Assembly: GCF_009834535.1 (NCBI RefSeq)
Contig: NC_045717.1
Span: 2,914,001 to 2,978,000, forward strand
Length of the DNA: 64,000 bases
Direction of reading: 5' to 3'
Source: Camelus ferus
Taxonomy: Eukaryota
Shown here: positions 18,771-42,699 of the stretch, piece after piece
Numbering within the stretch: the first letter of the stretch is position 1
Layout: each line of letters starts with the position of its first letter
Program-made: the position numbers and the translations under genes
Notes under the pieces: model-generated
The model's database searches: none
Told to the model about the DNA's origin: nothing
What the model saw: only the letters and a program-made list of their open reading frames with translations

Positions 18771-20576
18771 CTCTGACCTGGTCATGGCAGACTCATCCTC
18801 CGGCTGTGAGGGCAGGGGAAGTTGCAGATGAGGAAACCAGTTTACTAGATGAATCTTGCAGAAGGGTTACCTGGGGAGGCTAGTATTATGAGTCCAGAAG
18901 CATCCCAGCCTCCTGAGCCCTGAACCTGGCCCTCCCATGGGTGCCCTGCAGAGGCCTCTGGCCTCACTCCTTAGGCCAGCATCCTGGGGGCCTGGGGGCC
19001 TTCCAGGGTCCTAGGGACACTGAAACTGAGGAGGGAGTGGACTTCTCAAACCCTCTAGCTCAGGCCTGAGCATCCTTTCCCACAAAATTCTTCCCAAGTC
19101 GGTGCAGGATGAACTGTAAGGAGGTCTCCTCCCCAGCCTCCCACATGACTCCCCAGGCTAGAGGCCAGTGTCCTCACCCCCTCCACTTGGCCAAAGGTAA
19201 CACTAGCAAGCGTTGTGAATGGGTGACAGGGTGGGGCTGGGAGCTTGGAGAACAGCTTCTGGGGCTCCCAGGCCCTTGCATCTCCCCCAACAAATTTCAA
19301 AGGAACCAGAGGTGGTGGGTGGGGAGGCACTTGTTCCAGACCACCAGAACCCAGTCTTAGGCCCTGCAGCCTTCCTGCCCCCTTGGGGTTCAAAGGCCCC
19401 AGAGTTGCCCCTGGGTTAGAGGGAGGAACTTTGGCACCCCCTACCTCTTCAGGCCTCAGCTGAGGGAAGGGGGAAGAGGAATTGAGGAGGAGAGACTGAA
19501 AAAGTTGGGTGGGTTTAAATAAGGTCTGGTTTATGGCCCAAAGGTAGAAGACAAAGGTGGGAGGGAAGGTGGCTGGTCCCTGCTCTCTGTGCACTAGGGC
19601 CCAGGGCATGGCCTCTCTTGCCCGACTCCACCCTCCCTGTCCCTTCCTCCAGTGGGCCTGACAAGCTTCTACTTGTCACTTGTTTTCTGGAGAACTGATT
19701 TCATCCCAGAAAGAGGGAGGGAGACAGACAATGAGCTGGGTGAGTCCAGTGGCAGATAGAGACCAGAGGAGGTCAGCCTGGTGGGGTTGGGGGTTGGAGG
19801 TACAGAGAGCCCTCCTTGCATTCGCCTTGGGGTGGCCCAAGGGGGGCTTCCAGGGAGTTTGAACTGCGGATTGCACTAATTAGGTAGGGCCAGGTGGATT
19901 GTGAGGGTGAGCCTGCAGGCGGGCTCCTCCAGGACATAGCAGGCTGCCTTTGGGAAGGGAGAGAGTGCTGCTGAACCCCAAACCGTGGACTCTCCTTCCC
20001 CGCTAGATGGAGAGAAACAGACTTCCAAGTGCACAATGAGTTTCATTCTTTTTTTTTTCTTCTTCTTCTTAATCAGGCAGTGTTGGGGAAGGGGGTTGAA
20101 GCGGAGACAGAGAAAACCTGGATGAGGATGAGGAGAGTGGTATCGCGGGGGAAGAAAGGTGGCAGGGACAGGGCTAGAGTTCAGCCAGTGACTCAGGCAC
20201 CCACATCATGCGCAAGCAAACAGCTGCGAGTCATGTACTCAGACCTACCCTTACTCCTGCCCAGCCCAGTGGGAGTTGTGTGTACACAAGGACACAAGCG
20301 CAGGCCTCCAAATGCATGTGCAAAGTACCCTGCAGCTGGCATGCAGCACCCCGCTGCCAGGTGCATGGGTACACACGTGCAGGCTGACACACAGGCTTAC
20401 CCCAACAGGCCCATGTGTGCTCATACACTGACCCTGAGCCACACAAGCCCAGACCTCCCAGGACCTGCACAGGGACAGGTGTGTGCCCACAGCACACAGA
20501 CACACCCCTCTGCCCTTCCACCCAGGGCACCAGGCACAGGCCCTTCCTGGCTCCAGGAGCCAGTCTGGGCCAGAGC

Positions 20577-31287
<10,711 letters not shown>

Positions 31288-31364
31288 CCTGGGCACACGC
31301 TGTAGGCCCTGCACATCAGAGGGCCGCAGCAACACTGAGTGACAACGGCTGGGTCCTAGGAACT

Positions 31365-31545
31365 CACACACACACACTCCCACTCCCCCACATCCACACG
31401 CACAAACACTCATGGTGTGTGATCCCAAACACACACCCACGAAGCACACCCTCCACCCCCACACACACCCAGAGATGCTCACTCAGGTGCTCGGCCCAGA
31501 TGGGGGGATTCATTGACTGACTCATTCATTCATTCATTCATTCAG
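31365..31545. repeat. (CA)n-rich tract followed by (CATT)n microsatellite in SLC34A1 intron 1
   Basis: Read directly from the sequence. Confidence 0.85.
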
Positions 31546-32205
31546 CAAGTATTCACTGATATCCACCCCATCTCAGGCACTGAGCTAGGTGCTGGGGTAC
31601 AGCTGGCAAAAAACGGATGCAGCTCCTGCCACCAGGAAGCTCAAAGTCTACTGAGGAGACAGACGGCAATGAAATAATTCCCCAAACAGATGGATCTTCG
31701 CAATGGGGACAAGTGTCCTAATGACATATATGGGGGCCACCAGAGAGCCCCAGGGGGCACAGTGAATTTCTTTCCCCATCCCCTCCCACCCACCCCCAGC
31801 AATAAACAAACACTGATGGCATTTCTCCCATGAAAGGTGCTCAGCCCAGGACTGGTTTAGTTAAGGGGGGCCCCCACCCTGTCCCCAAGTCCAGGAAGCC
31901 CCCTACTTGCTTTAGACCCCCCTGAACTGCCATGGGAGTTCTCAGCTGTTGGAGTGGGAGTGCCCCCTGCCTCCCAACACCCCCCAGCCCTTGCCCCGAA
32001 CATTGTTCCAAGGGTCCTGGCTGTTGGAGTTGGGGGTGTCGGTATGCAGGGCTGAATTCCCAGCCCTGGAAGAGCATGAGTCCTTTTGCTCTGGAGGAGT
32101 GAGCCAGGCTGGGGCAGGAAGGGGGATGTGTTCAGGACAGAGGTGAGGGCCTGTTTCCTACTAAGAGCTGGAGATGGGGTTGGGATGTGAGGACCCTGGA
32201 CTCAC

Positions 32206-32290
32206 CTAGGGGTTCTGTGTTTCCGCTCCCTCTCAGCTGCTCAAGGAAGCCCTAGGGGCCTGAGGAGAAGCTGGGACCCTCCTCTTTATA
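32206..32290 (-). promoter_or_regulatory. SLC34A1 TATA box and non-coding exon 1
   Basis: TATAAA on the minus strand (plus TTTATA 32285-32290), followed about 80 nt later by the donor AG/GTGAGT at 32206/32205. HNF1-like GTTAATTGCTAAT at 32389-32401. Confidence 0.7.
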
Positions 32291-33220
32291 CCCTCGGGTC
32301 AAGGGCAAAGTCCCTAGAACCCTAGCTTCCTTCCCCCCACTTTTCCCTGATTAACATCACCACTACTCCCACTCCGAGATTCCTCCCAGTTAATTGCTAA
32401 TCGTCAGCTCTGCAGGGGGAGTCTGCGGTCAGGCTCTCCCCTCCCCCACATACATACTCAGCCTGACCGGTGACCCAGACCCGGCAAGGAGGGTATAGAC
32501 GCGTCCCGTGCCCCCAGGCAGAGACTCGGATGCCACTCGGATACCTTGTTCCCAGGGTCCCCAGAGATTCTATGCCTCTGGCCCCTTTCCCTTATTGTTG
32601 GCCTGACAGGACCCCTCAGGGAATCACCTAAACCCCCTTCGGCCCAGCCATGCACCTGGGTGTCTGTGGGTCTGTCTGTGTGTCTTGGGGGGCATTTGGA
32701 GGAGAGGGGACTTGTGATGGAGAAAGTCACAGAAGACACCCAGAGAGGCCAGGTAGCGCTGAATTGTGGAGCGTCTACAACCACAGATCCAGGCAGTGAG
32801 TCTGAGAGAACGTGAAGCCCCTGGCCAGACAGAAAGGGCCTGGTCTGCATTTCAGAATGGTCCCAGCTGTGGCGGGTTTGGAATGTGTCAAAGGGTGTGG
32901 GTCTGGAAGCAGAGAAACCAGTTAAGAATTTGATGAGAGGGTCCAGGTGGGGATGATGGGGTCCGAATCAAAGCGGGAAGAGGACTGATGGAGAGCAGGG
33001 GATGCATCCCGGGGCTACTGGGCAGTGCAGCTGGGACTGGGGAGGCTGGGAAGGACAGGAAATATATCAGGTTGGGATTCTGGATAGGGAAGCTGACCTT
33101 GACGTGAGGTCTGTGGTAGACTTCCTACAACCCAGACGGGGGTCTTAGGTAGGCTTTGAGAAGCTTGTTTCACTTTCACAGGGCTTTGGAGCCTTCCCTT
33201 CTCAGGGCTTAAGATTTTAT

Positions 33221-33369
33221 GAGAGGGGGATGGCATAGCTCAAATGTTAGAGCACGTGCTTAGCATGCCTGAGGTCCCGGGTTCAGTCCCCAGTGCCTCC
33301 ATTAAAGGAAAAAAAAATTAATTACCTAATTATCTACCACCCCCCAACAAAAAAACAAACAAACAAAAG
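33221..33369 (+). mobile_element. tRNA-Ala-derived SINE (Vic-1-like) with TSD
   Basis: Head GGGGATGGCATAGCTCAAATG...GGTTCAGTCCCC with an A-rich tail; GATTTTAT duplicated at 33213-33220 and 33370-33377. Confidence 0.8.
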
Positions 33370-33858
33370 GATTTTATCTGATCCAGGAGTGATGAGTTCC
33401 ATTCAAGATCTAGCTTGGGGAGTACCCTACCTGACATCCAGCCGCCTAGCCAACCACGTGCGTGTCAGTCGACTCATTCCGGGAACATTAGTGGGGTTCC
33501 TATTCTATGCTGAGCCAAGATTGGCAAGGCCAGCTTCTCTCCTGGTCCAAGAAATGGTCCAATCCTTGAGTCAGCCTGGGATTCTAAAGCAAGTCACCTC
33601 CCCCTCCCCAGGCCCTAGTCCCTTCACCTCTAAAAGGGCAATGAGCATGGCTTTTCCAGGCAGCTGCAGGATTCAGAAATCAGTGACCCATCTCAGTGCC
33701 TAGAACAAAGGTCCTCAGCACCTTTGCTCTCTTCATGCTCTCATGCTTTTCCCAGTCTCCAGGTTGGCTGAAGTGTCCAGCCGAAGAAACAGCCCCTCCT
33801 CCCCTAGACACTCAGTCCTGTTTCAGGTCAACATTTCCTCTTGGTTCACCAGCTACTC

Positions 33859-34038
33859 CTTTTTTTTTTTTTTTTTTTTTGAATTTAATTAGTTCATTTT
33901 TTGTTTCTTTGCTTTAGTTTTTGGGGGGAGATAATTCAGTTTATTTATTTATTTTTTAATGGAGGTACTGGAGATTGAACCCAGGACCTCACGCATGCTA
34001 AGCACGTGCTCTACCACTGAGCTCTATACCCTTCCCTG
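33859..34038 (-). mobile_element. tRNA-Ala-derived SINE (Vic-1-like) with TSD
   Basis: Long poly-T followed by the family body; TCACCAGCT(A/G)CTC duplicated at 33846-33858 and 34039-34051. Confidence 0.85.
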
Positions 34039-35879
34039 TCACCAGCTGCTCTTTGATTGCTCAGGATCTCCGGTCCTGCTCAACACCTTACACACTGTAG
34101 AGCGACACCGACCCAGCCTTTTCCATCAAGGAGGGTGGACGTCCGTGCACATTTTCCCCTTTAATGGGACAAAGGTTAGCTAGCTCGCGCTTAACTTGCA
34201 GAGCTGGGTGGAGTTAACGCCCCGCATGGTGTTCACAATAGACTCTCTGTCGAAGTGGCTGAGAGCCAGCCTGGGTTTGGATCCCAGCGCCACCACACTG
34301 TGGCCGTGGTCATTTAGGCCACAGAACCCACAGGGGAGGGGAGTGTGGGCAGAGGTGTGGCTGGGACTGGTTTGGGTTGAGTGACCGTAAGCCCTGGTTT
34401 GCCTGGCCAAGGCTGGGTTTATGGCTGTTGGCCAGAGTCCCTTTCTGCTCTGTAAAGTGCTCTGGTTTGGACTTATTAGCCAGCTGGTCTTATGGCTTGT
34501 TCTGGAAGATTCCGGGGCACTAAGGCAGGGAATCAGCCGCCCGGTGCTTACTAGAAAGGTCCTCATTCACGGCAAAAAGGAAAATAAAAACAGTCCTGCT
34601 TCTCAGAAACATGGCTGTGATGCTGAGAACACTGCGTTTCGCCCTTTCCCCGTGCGTTTTTAATCTACTTTGGACGTTACTGTCCACGGAAGATGCCATC
34701 TTGCTCGTCTTTCATCTAACGCTGTGACGTAAGGCTTTTCCTGTGTGTTTACGCTCGGCACAGAGGTTGGTTTTGTTTTTTCAGATGTTTTTAATGGTTG
34801 CATCACATTCAGTCATGGACCATAATTTACATGGTGAAGCCTTGGATGTCCTGGAACCTCTCCTACCTGGAGGGAGTGATCTGGGTAAGACTGGGGTTCA
34901 CACATAGGTGGGAGGGGTGTCGCTGATCCAGGGAAATGCAGTTATTATTGAGTTTTTGTGTCGGCTTCGTCCTTGAGCTCAGAGGCCCTGGGTGGGCTCA
35001 GAGGCTCTCTGGGTGCGAGCATCCCCACCCGCAGTGGATCTGGGGACCCTGCCCCAGGCCCGCTCCTCTCCCCTGCCCCGTTCCGGTCAGACCCTGGGCA
35101 GAAGAGCCATATCCAAGGTGCTCTTTATGAGCTGGGGGTGCGTCTCCTTTTTAATAAGGTTAGGATCTTTGGCAGTTTTGAGATCTATGTTCCCTGCCCT
35201 CATGGAACATAGGGTTTAGCGGGGGAAGCACTTATCAATCAAATGAATCGCAAGAGATATAATTACACAGCTCTGTGGACGTCCACCACTTCCAAAACTA
35301 TTCCAGGGGTGGGGCTGCTACAGCCCTAGTGAGACCTAGGAGCTGACCAGAGCGGCCTCTGGGACTCCTGAGAGCAGTGGAGAAAGTGGCCACGCTCCAG
35401 CCCCCAGGCATCTCAGCCCCTCTGCTCATCTCAGCCCACTCCTGCTCACGGCATGCCTCCTCCCCGTCTGTGACAGACGCCCTGGCTGCTCACCTGCACT
35501 CTGGCCACAGCCTCCCCCAGACCTCTGAGCCCGGAACCTGGGTGTCTGGCGGCGTCTCACATTGAGAAAAGGCACCCTGGAGGAGGAGCAGTTTTGGAGG
35601 GAAGATGCCAAGATCCATCTGTACAGACTGTCTGAGGTGCCTCCGGCGCGAGCAGTTGGAGCTGCGGATATGAGCACACGACGTGCTCCTTCCCCCAAAT
35701 GTTCCCGGCCTCAGTGAGCAGCATGTGGTCCAGACCCGGAGCCAGACACAGAGCAGGCATCTCTGACACTGGCTTCTCCTCCCCACTCTGGTCTCTAATC
35801 CATCTCTCAGTTCTCCTAATTTTCCTTCTCCACGAGCCTCTTTTTTTTTCCCCTAAACCAAGTATGTATGTATGTATGT

Positions 35880-36008
35880 ATATATTTTTACATTTTAAAA
35901 ATTGAGTTATAGTCATTTTGCAATGTTGTGTCAATTTCCAGTGTAGAGCACAATTTTTCAGTTATACATGAACATACATGTATTCATTGTCACATTCTTT
36001 TTCACTGT
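35880..36008 (-). mobile_element. LINE-1 3' terminal fragment
   Basis: AATTGAGTTATAGTCATTTTGCAATGTTGTGTCAATTTCCAGTGTAGAGCAC...ATACATGAACATAC, preceded by (GTAT)n. Confidence 0.6.
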
Positions 36009-39000
36009 GTCCAGGAGCCTCTTAATCTTTTTACCACCTCCCTGGACCAACTCTCACCTGGGTTAGTGCGATAGCCCTTTCTAGCCTTGCTCCTTCCAAG
36101 CCAGTCTCCAAAAAAAGCAGCCAGCCAGCTTTTCAAGATGCAAATCTCACCACATCACCCCTCACCCTTTAAAAACCGCCCCTGCTAACCTAAAGACCAG
36201 CATCCCGTCACTGCCTCAGGGGCGCAGCGGGACTTGGCTTCCTGCTTCCCCAGGTCTCAGGTGAAGGTGCTCCCAGGGAGAGTGTGCACAGGGAGGAGGG
36301 GCCCAGCCAAGCCCAGAGGAGCACCCACATTTGAGGGAGGACAGGGGACGAGGGGCCAGCAAAGGAAACCGACAGGCTCGGCCCGCATCAGGAGGAGGAG
36401 TGGAAAAGCAGATGCCCTGGAAGCCAGGGCTGCCCATGTTTTGAAAGAGACACTGTGGTCAACACGATCAAATCCTGCTGAGATGTCAGGTAATGTGAGA
36501 ACAGAGCGGATTTGGTGGCCTGGGAGAGCCAAGTCAGGGCCGTGCTGGGGGCGGGGGCGGCTTGCTAGGGGTTGGGAGGAAGCAGGTGGTGGGAGCAGAC
36601 GCATCATGGCTAAGGTGAATGGGACAGGCCGACAGACACTGAATTTCATCACACCAAGGCTTTCTCCAGGAGTGGCATGACTGCTGAATGGAGTACAGAA
36701 AGATCCCAAGAGCAAGTATGTGGTCCAGACAGGGAGCAAGCTGTGGAGGACGGCGCAAAACGGCTGTTCCCACAATTCTCCGTTAAGATCCATTTGTTCC
36801 TTGCATGGAGCAAATCTGCGCGGTTTTCTGCATGTGAGTTTTCTGCCAGACCTAAAGTTTGCCGACAATTAAGGGAGGAAAAGCTAACATTCCAGACCAT
36901 CTGGTCATGCACTGAATTTTTGGAGGGCGTCTGATTAATGACCGCAACTGGGCTCCCGATCAGCGCAGTTTGAAAACTCCTGCCTCTTCTCATCAACGTG
37001 TTTATTGATTCAACCAATATATAAGCCCCGCGAAGACGGCACAGTGCTGTCCGTTGGGAATGTGGCCGTCAAGATTCCAACCCAGCACGACTACGCACCG
37101 ACATGGCATGAGCGTGCATTGCACACGCAAGGACGCATCCTCGCTGTGTCTGTCTTCAAGGCAGCTGCTCTCATCAGTAGGCTAGGTGACACAGTAAGGG
37201 TCATCTGTCACCTCCTTCTCGGGAACAGAGCAATCCCTCCCCTGGCCCTCTGGTCTGTCCTCTCTGAAAGAGCCTGGATTCCAGTCTGAGATGCCAGGCC
37301 CAGAGCAGGCAGGACCTTGAGACGTTGTCCCATCCGAGCCCCACTTCCAGAGGGGGAGCCCAAGGCTACGTTAGATCCAGTGGGTCCAGCGCAGGGGCGG
37401 CTGACCTGAGGACGCTGTGTCCTTGCGTGGGGGAATAAGTTCCCTGTGTAACGATTAATCCTGGTGGCCCAGGCGCCAGTCACTTATTGACTGATGAGGC
37501 CAAAGTGTGCAGCCAAAAGAGCTGAGGCTGCTTTGGGCTTTTCTCAGAAATCACCTCTTCCCTTACAGCTCCCTTCCTTAGGTGGCTCCAGCCCTGTGCC
37601 CTTTACGCTGGCCTCAGGGACCCGGCCTGAGCATGAGGCTATGGACTCCCAGCTGGCAGTCCCAGGCTCTGGTTTCTGGGTTCCAGACCTGAAACTCTGA
37701 ATTCTGGCTTCAGGCTTCAGGTCCTGGCCTCCGCCTGGGGTTTGTTTCCAACTTCTGGGGTCCCCACTCTGGTTCTGGCCTCCAGGTGGGCTTCAGGAAC
37801 TGAGCTGCAGTCTCGGGATCTCCTTTCAGTCATCAGATGTCAAGTTTGGGGCTCTAGTTTCAGGTTCTGTGCCCTAATCTCCAATTTCAGATTCCAGACT
37901 CCAGGCTGGGCTTCTGACTCTTGGCTCCAGGTTCTGGGTCTGGGCTTCAGGCTCCAGATCCAGGCTTTGTGCTCCAGACTCCAAGCTCCAAGGTCGCGGT
38001 CTGGATTCAGGGTTCCTTCAGCACCTCGGCAGGAAGATGGTGACCTCCTCAGCTGGTGGCATCATCCCTGCCCACCCATCTCAGCCGGCCGTTCCATCCC
38101 GTTGGCCAGCACCCTGGGCTGGCCTGGAGGTGGGGCTTTGCTTCAGCGGCACTTCTCCTTGGCTTTCTGCCTCTGCTCTACCCTCCAGACAGTTCTCTGG
38201 AGACCAGAACTCAGGTGGTCACAGAGTACCCCTCACTCAGACCCTGAAGGAGTCACAGGACACCTCCACATGTTCATGTTTCCAGCTCTTCTTGGACCCC
38301 CCAGGACCACAGTGGACATGAATGGTGCCCCCTGCAGTTGTGCAGTGGGTATGGGCCTGTGCCCAGCTCTGGCTGCATCTGAGTCAATGTAACCAAAACC
38401 ATGTGTGTTCCTCCCCATCTGGACCTTTGTTTCCCCAGGGAATCTGAATTCCAGCCTCTAATCTCCCAGAAATCTGAGTCACCTGATCACCAGGCCAGGC
38501 CCCCCTGCAGGGCGCACCTCGTGCTCCCCCCTGGGGGTGGGGGGCTGCCCCCAGGGCACTGGCCCACAGCTGCGTCAGCACTTGCTGCCCAGCTCCAGGG
38601 GAACAGCTGTGCTCTGCCTGCCCCCAGCCTGGCCCAGGGCCCTGGTCACTGTGTGCCCTGTGCTCACGCTGTGCCCAGCCCATACCATCTGCTTCCCCAG
38701 CCCCAAGGCTGTCAAGGCAGGTGCGGGGGACAAGAGACAGGTGGCAAGATTCTCTCTTGGAGGCTTGGAGCCACATGGGCCCCATGGGTGTCCTGGAGAA
38801 AGTCACGCCTGCTTTCTCAGTCTACGAACTCTGTAAGATGGGGTTGCTGGAGGCTGCAGAGTGGTCAGTGGATGTGTGTCCTCTCCCTGCCTTCACCCTG
38901 GTCCTCTGGGTGGACAGGCCAACTCCCTCCCAGCTTCCCACCTGCTAGAAGGAGGGGAAGCAGCTCTGTTAATTTTCCCAACCACCCAGGAGTCCAGCTC

Positions 39001-40621
39001 TGGGCAGTGGCTTTGAAACAGAGCCCTGCGGGTTGACCAGCTGGTGCCCCTGGACTCCCATCCCTGCAGATGGGGCCTGGCCAGGCTGGGATGGTGAGGG
39101 CCCAGGGCTGCTTCAGGGGGTGTGCTGGGGAGGAGGTCACCAGGGGATTGTGGCAGAAGGACACACCCAGCCAGCCAAAATAGGCTGAGGGGGCAGTGGA
39201 CTGGAGCCCTGGAAGGAGGAGTTGGCTTCCACTTCTGGAGAAAGGGGTGGCAGGCCAGCAGGGACAAAGAAGCGGCCTTGGAGAGTTCTTTGTGATGTTA
39301 ATTATTTTTAATGGCATCCTTTAAAAAACTGAAGCAAAGGCAAAGGTCTTCTTTGACCACTACCCCCAGTCCTGGTCCTTTTCCCATCTCCCTGTCAGTT
39401 TGGTATGTTTCCTTCTAGAACATTCTCTGTCCTTTCTGTACATTTATAAGCACCTGTGTGCTTGTTGTTTATATAAGGGTATCATGCCACATTCGTTGCC
39501 CTGCTTTCTTTTCCCGAACAGTAGCACGTCTTGGAGAACTTTCTATGGCAGGACACGCTGTCCCCAGTCCTTCATCTGCTGTGTGGTACAGCAGAGCATG
39601 GACACAGCACCCTGTGTTGTGTTACCCCACGCCCCACCCCTGTCCACTTTTGCCAGTTGTCAGGTCCTAGATAACCCTGCAGGGATGCGCCTCCTTGTGC
39701 CTGGAAGTGAGTGATTCTTTATGGCACTGCTGAAGTCACACAGTTTTTAATTTTTAGCAGAGACCCCCAAACTACCCCTCCAGTAGCCATATCAATGTGC
39801 CCTCCCCAGAAAGGGCCCTGGCTCTCAAACAGAGGTTCCTACAGCATCTGGGCCCTCCCTGGAGTGTGTCCCTGAGTCAGACAGCCTGTGCTGGTAACAC
39901 TCAGATGACAATACCCTGCATGATCCTGGGCTAGTCACTTCCCCTCCTGCAGCCTTCATTTCATCCCCAACAGGAGTGTCCAAAACATTGTGAAGACAAA
40001 AATGAGATAAAAAAATAGAGAAGGGTTAACTTGGGGACCTCGGTAGGTGTGAATTCTTCCTTGTGCAGGGCCTGAACTGGCCTGTGAACTTCTTCCTCGC
40101 AGGACAATCTTGTTGGTCCCTAAGACTAACAGGCATCGTTGCTGGGAATGGGGATGGGGGTCTGCAGAAGGGTGAGCTTGGCCTGCAGGATATTCCAGTT
40201 GGGAAAATACCCCAACTCTCATCTGGTGTCCCCACCTCTCTATCCTGGGGCACATGGAAGGTGTCACAAGGGAGAAGCTCCAGGGCCCAGGAGGTGTGAG
40301 CGCGGCTTTGCCGCTAAAAAGGGAAGGGACGTGGGCTTGCCTCCCTACCCCCATCTCTGGCCACATTGTAGCCCTGGTGTTACGTGGTCCCCTGCCTGCA
40401 TCCTTCACTGGGGCTCTCTGCAGTGACAGCATCATTTGTCAGCCTACAGGCCACAGCAGTGACTAAGATAGACAAGGTCCCTGCTATCAGGGCACATACA
40501 TCACTCTGTCAACGAACAAGGATAAATAAGTAAACAAAATCATTACAGAGTGGGCTGAGCACAGAGAAGGAAAAAAAACTGGCTAAAATGGTAGAGAACA
40601 AAGTTGGGAAGCACTTCATAT

Positions 40622-40990
40622 AGGCTGCCTTAGTCCATTTGGCTGCTATAACAAAAATACCAGTGCCTGGGGGGCTTGTAAACAACAACAATTTATTTCT
40701 CACAGTTCTAGAGGCCAGAAGTCCAAGGTCAGGGTGCCAACGTGGTCGGTTTCTGGTGAGGACCCTCTTCCAGGCTGGAGACAGCCAGCTTACCTCTGTG
40801 TCCCCACCTGGTAGGGGGTGGGGGAGCTCTCTGGGGCCTCTTCATAAGGGCCCTAAACTCATTCACAAGGACTCCATCCTCATTACCTAGTCACCTCCCA
40901 GAGGCCCACCTCCAAACACCATCACTCTGCGGGTTGTTGGGTTTTCAACATATGAGTTCCCAGGGACACAGACATTTAGACCACAGCACA
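40622..40990. mobile_element. MLT1A-type MaLR LTR
   Basis: TGCCTTAGTCCATTTGGCTGCTATAACAAAATACC...TTTATTTCTCACAGTTCTAGAGGCCAGAAGTCCAAGGTCAGGGTGCC...GACATTTAGACCACAGCA. Confidence 0.7.
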
Positions 40991-42699
40991 AGGTGAGCAG
41001 GAAAGCTCTTCTGAGGGGTGTAAGTGGAGATCTTCAGTGAAGCGGGACTTTTGTGGGTATAAGTTCTAGAAACCACACTCAGAGTCATGAGCACACAGAC
41101 TGAAAGAATGTCCTGGCTTGCCTAATGAGAAAGTCTAGGAGTGGCTGACCGGGGCGTGGGTGAATTTAGGAGTTGAGATAATTTTTATCAGGAATCTCCA
41201 TTTGCCTTTAACTCTCCGGAGCTCTCCTGTGTTGGCTTCTTTCACATGTAGGTTCTCTCCCTGCATGTCCTTTCTGCAAATCCCCAAAGGATGGGAGAAA
41301 ATGACCAGGACTGGGATTGCCTGTGGTCAGAGGATCGTCCCTGCATCCCGCGGAGTGGCCAGGCCTGGCTCAGGAGCCCGCCCCGCAGCTAGAGGGTCAG
41401 GCTAACCCAGCCAAACAAAACGGGCTGAGGGCCCCCCGAGGAAGTCTTATGCTTGACTTCTAGAGAAAGACCAGCACCCCCTACTGATCTTTCCCAGGAA
41501 CTTCAAGGTGGGGGAGCCAGTTACAAGATAGGGGGCAGGTGGGGGAGGTCCTGGCAAAAGGGACAGCCAGTGCAAAGAACTGGAGTGGGGAAGGCAGCTC
41601 GACCTCTTTGAGGTGGTCGAGAGGGCCCCTCACTCCCCAGGTGCCTTCTCAACACTCCCACGTTCCCTTGTTTCCTGGGTCACAGCAGCACGGGGACTGA
41701 GTCCTGCCTGCAGGCCGGGGCCCTCCTTCTGGGGTCCTCCCTGCTCTCCCTCCCCGCATAGGCTCCGAGACCAGTGTCCTCCTCAAGGCCTTCAATGCTT
41801 CCAATGGAGCCCAGTGCCAAGTCTACAGAGACATATTCAGACCCCAGTAGAAGCAGAGGACGGTGACCTAACACTGGACTCAGAGCCAAAGACTGAGGAA
41901 CAGCACAATGATACCAGCAGAGGCACAGCTCCCCAGAGGGGTCTGCCCCTCCCTCCCTTTCCTCCCTCCCTCCCCCGCTTCCTCCTTCCCTCCCTCCCTC
42001 CCTCTGGCTGTCTCTCTCTTTCACACTCACACCCCACACTCTGTGTAGTCAGGAAGAGAGGTTCTGACAACAGGAAGTTGGGGGGCACATCCTGAGGTCC
42101 CCAAGAACTTCCTGGCACTGACCCTGGTGACGGAGGCAGCGCAGTATTTTTTTTATGAGGGGCACGCAGAGTAGCCTGGCACACAAGGAACACACCTCAT
42201 GGCAGAATAATAATTATTATTATAATAACAATATCTTACATCCAGGACAAACCCAGCTGCCCCAAGCCAACTGCAAAATCTGTATGTCCAGTAGAGTCTG
42301 TGGGCAGAGGAAGAGGCTGCCTGCCTGCACCCCAGGCCTTACTCATACCAGCTCCCCGGGGAAGGGCCGGCCCCTCCCACTCCCTGCTGAGGCCTGGCAC
42401 ATGGTGGGGAGGCTGGCACTGCCAACGCCGCCCCTCCATGTTGGGCACACCTGCACCTCCCCCTGGTGGCCTGGCAACAAGGGATGGACGAGCAAGCCTG
42501 TAAGGGACCAAGTGGTGGCAGCTGAGGAGTGTCACTCCTCTGAGTCCCCTCCCCACCCCCTCCCAGCTCTTCCTGCGGGCCTGCCCGTGGCAGGAAGGGG
42601 CCAGGAACACTCATGGCACAGACAGGGCATGCAGAGCGGGCCCATGGCATGCTTGGCCCGCCAGGTGCCATGCAGCCGGCCTGGACGGGCAGGCAGCTG

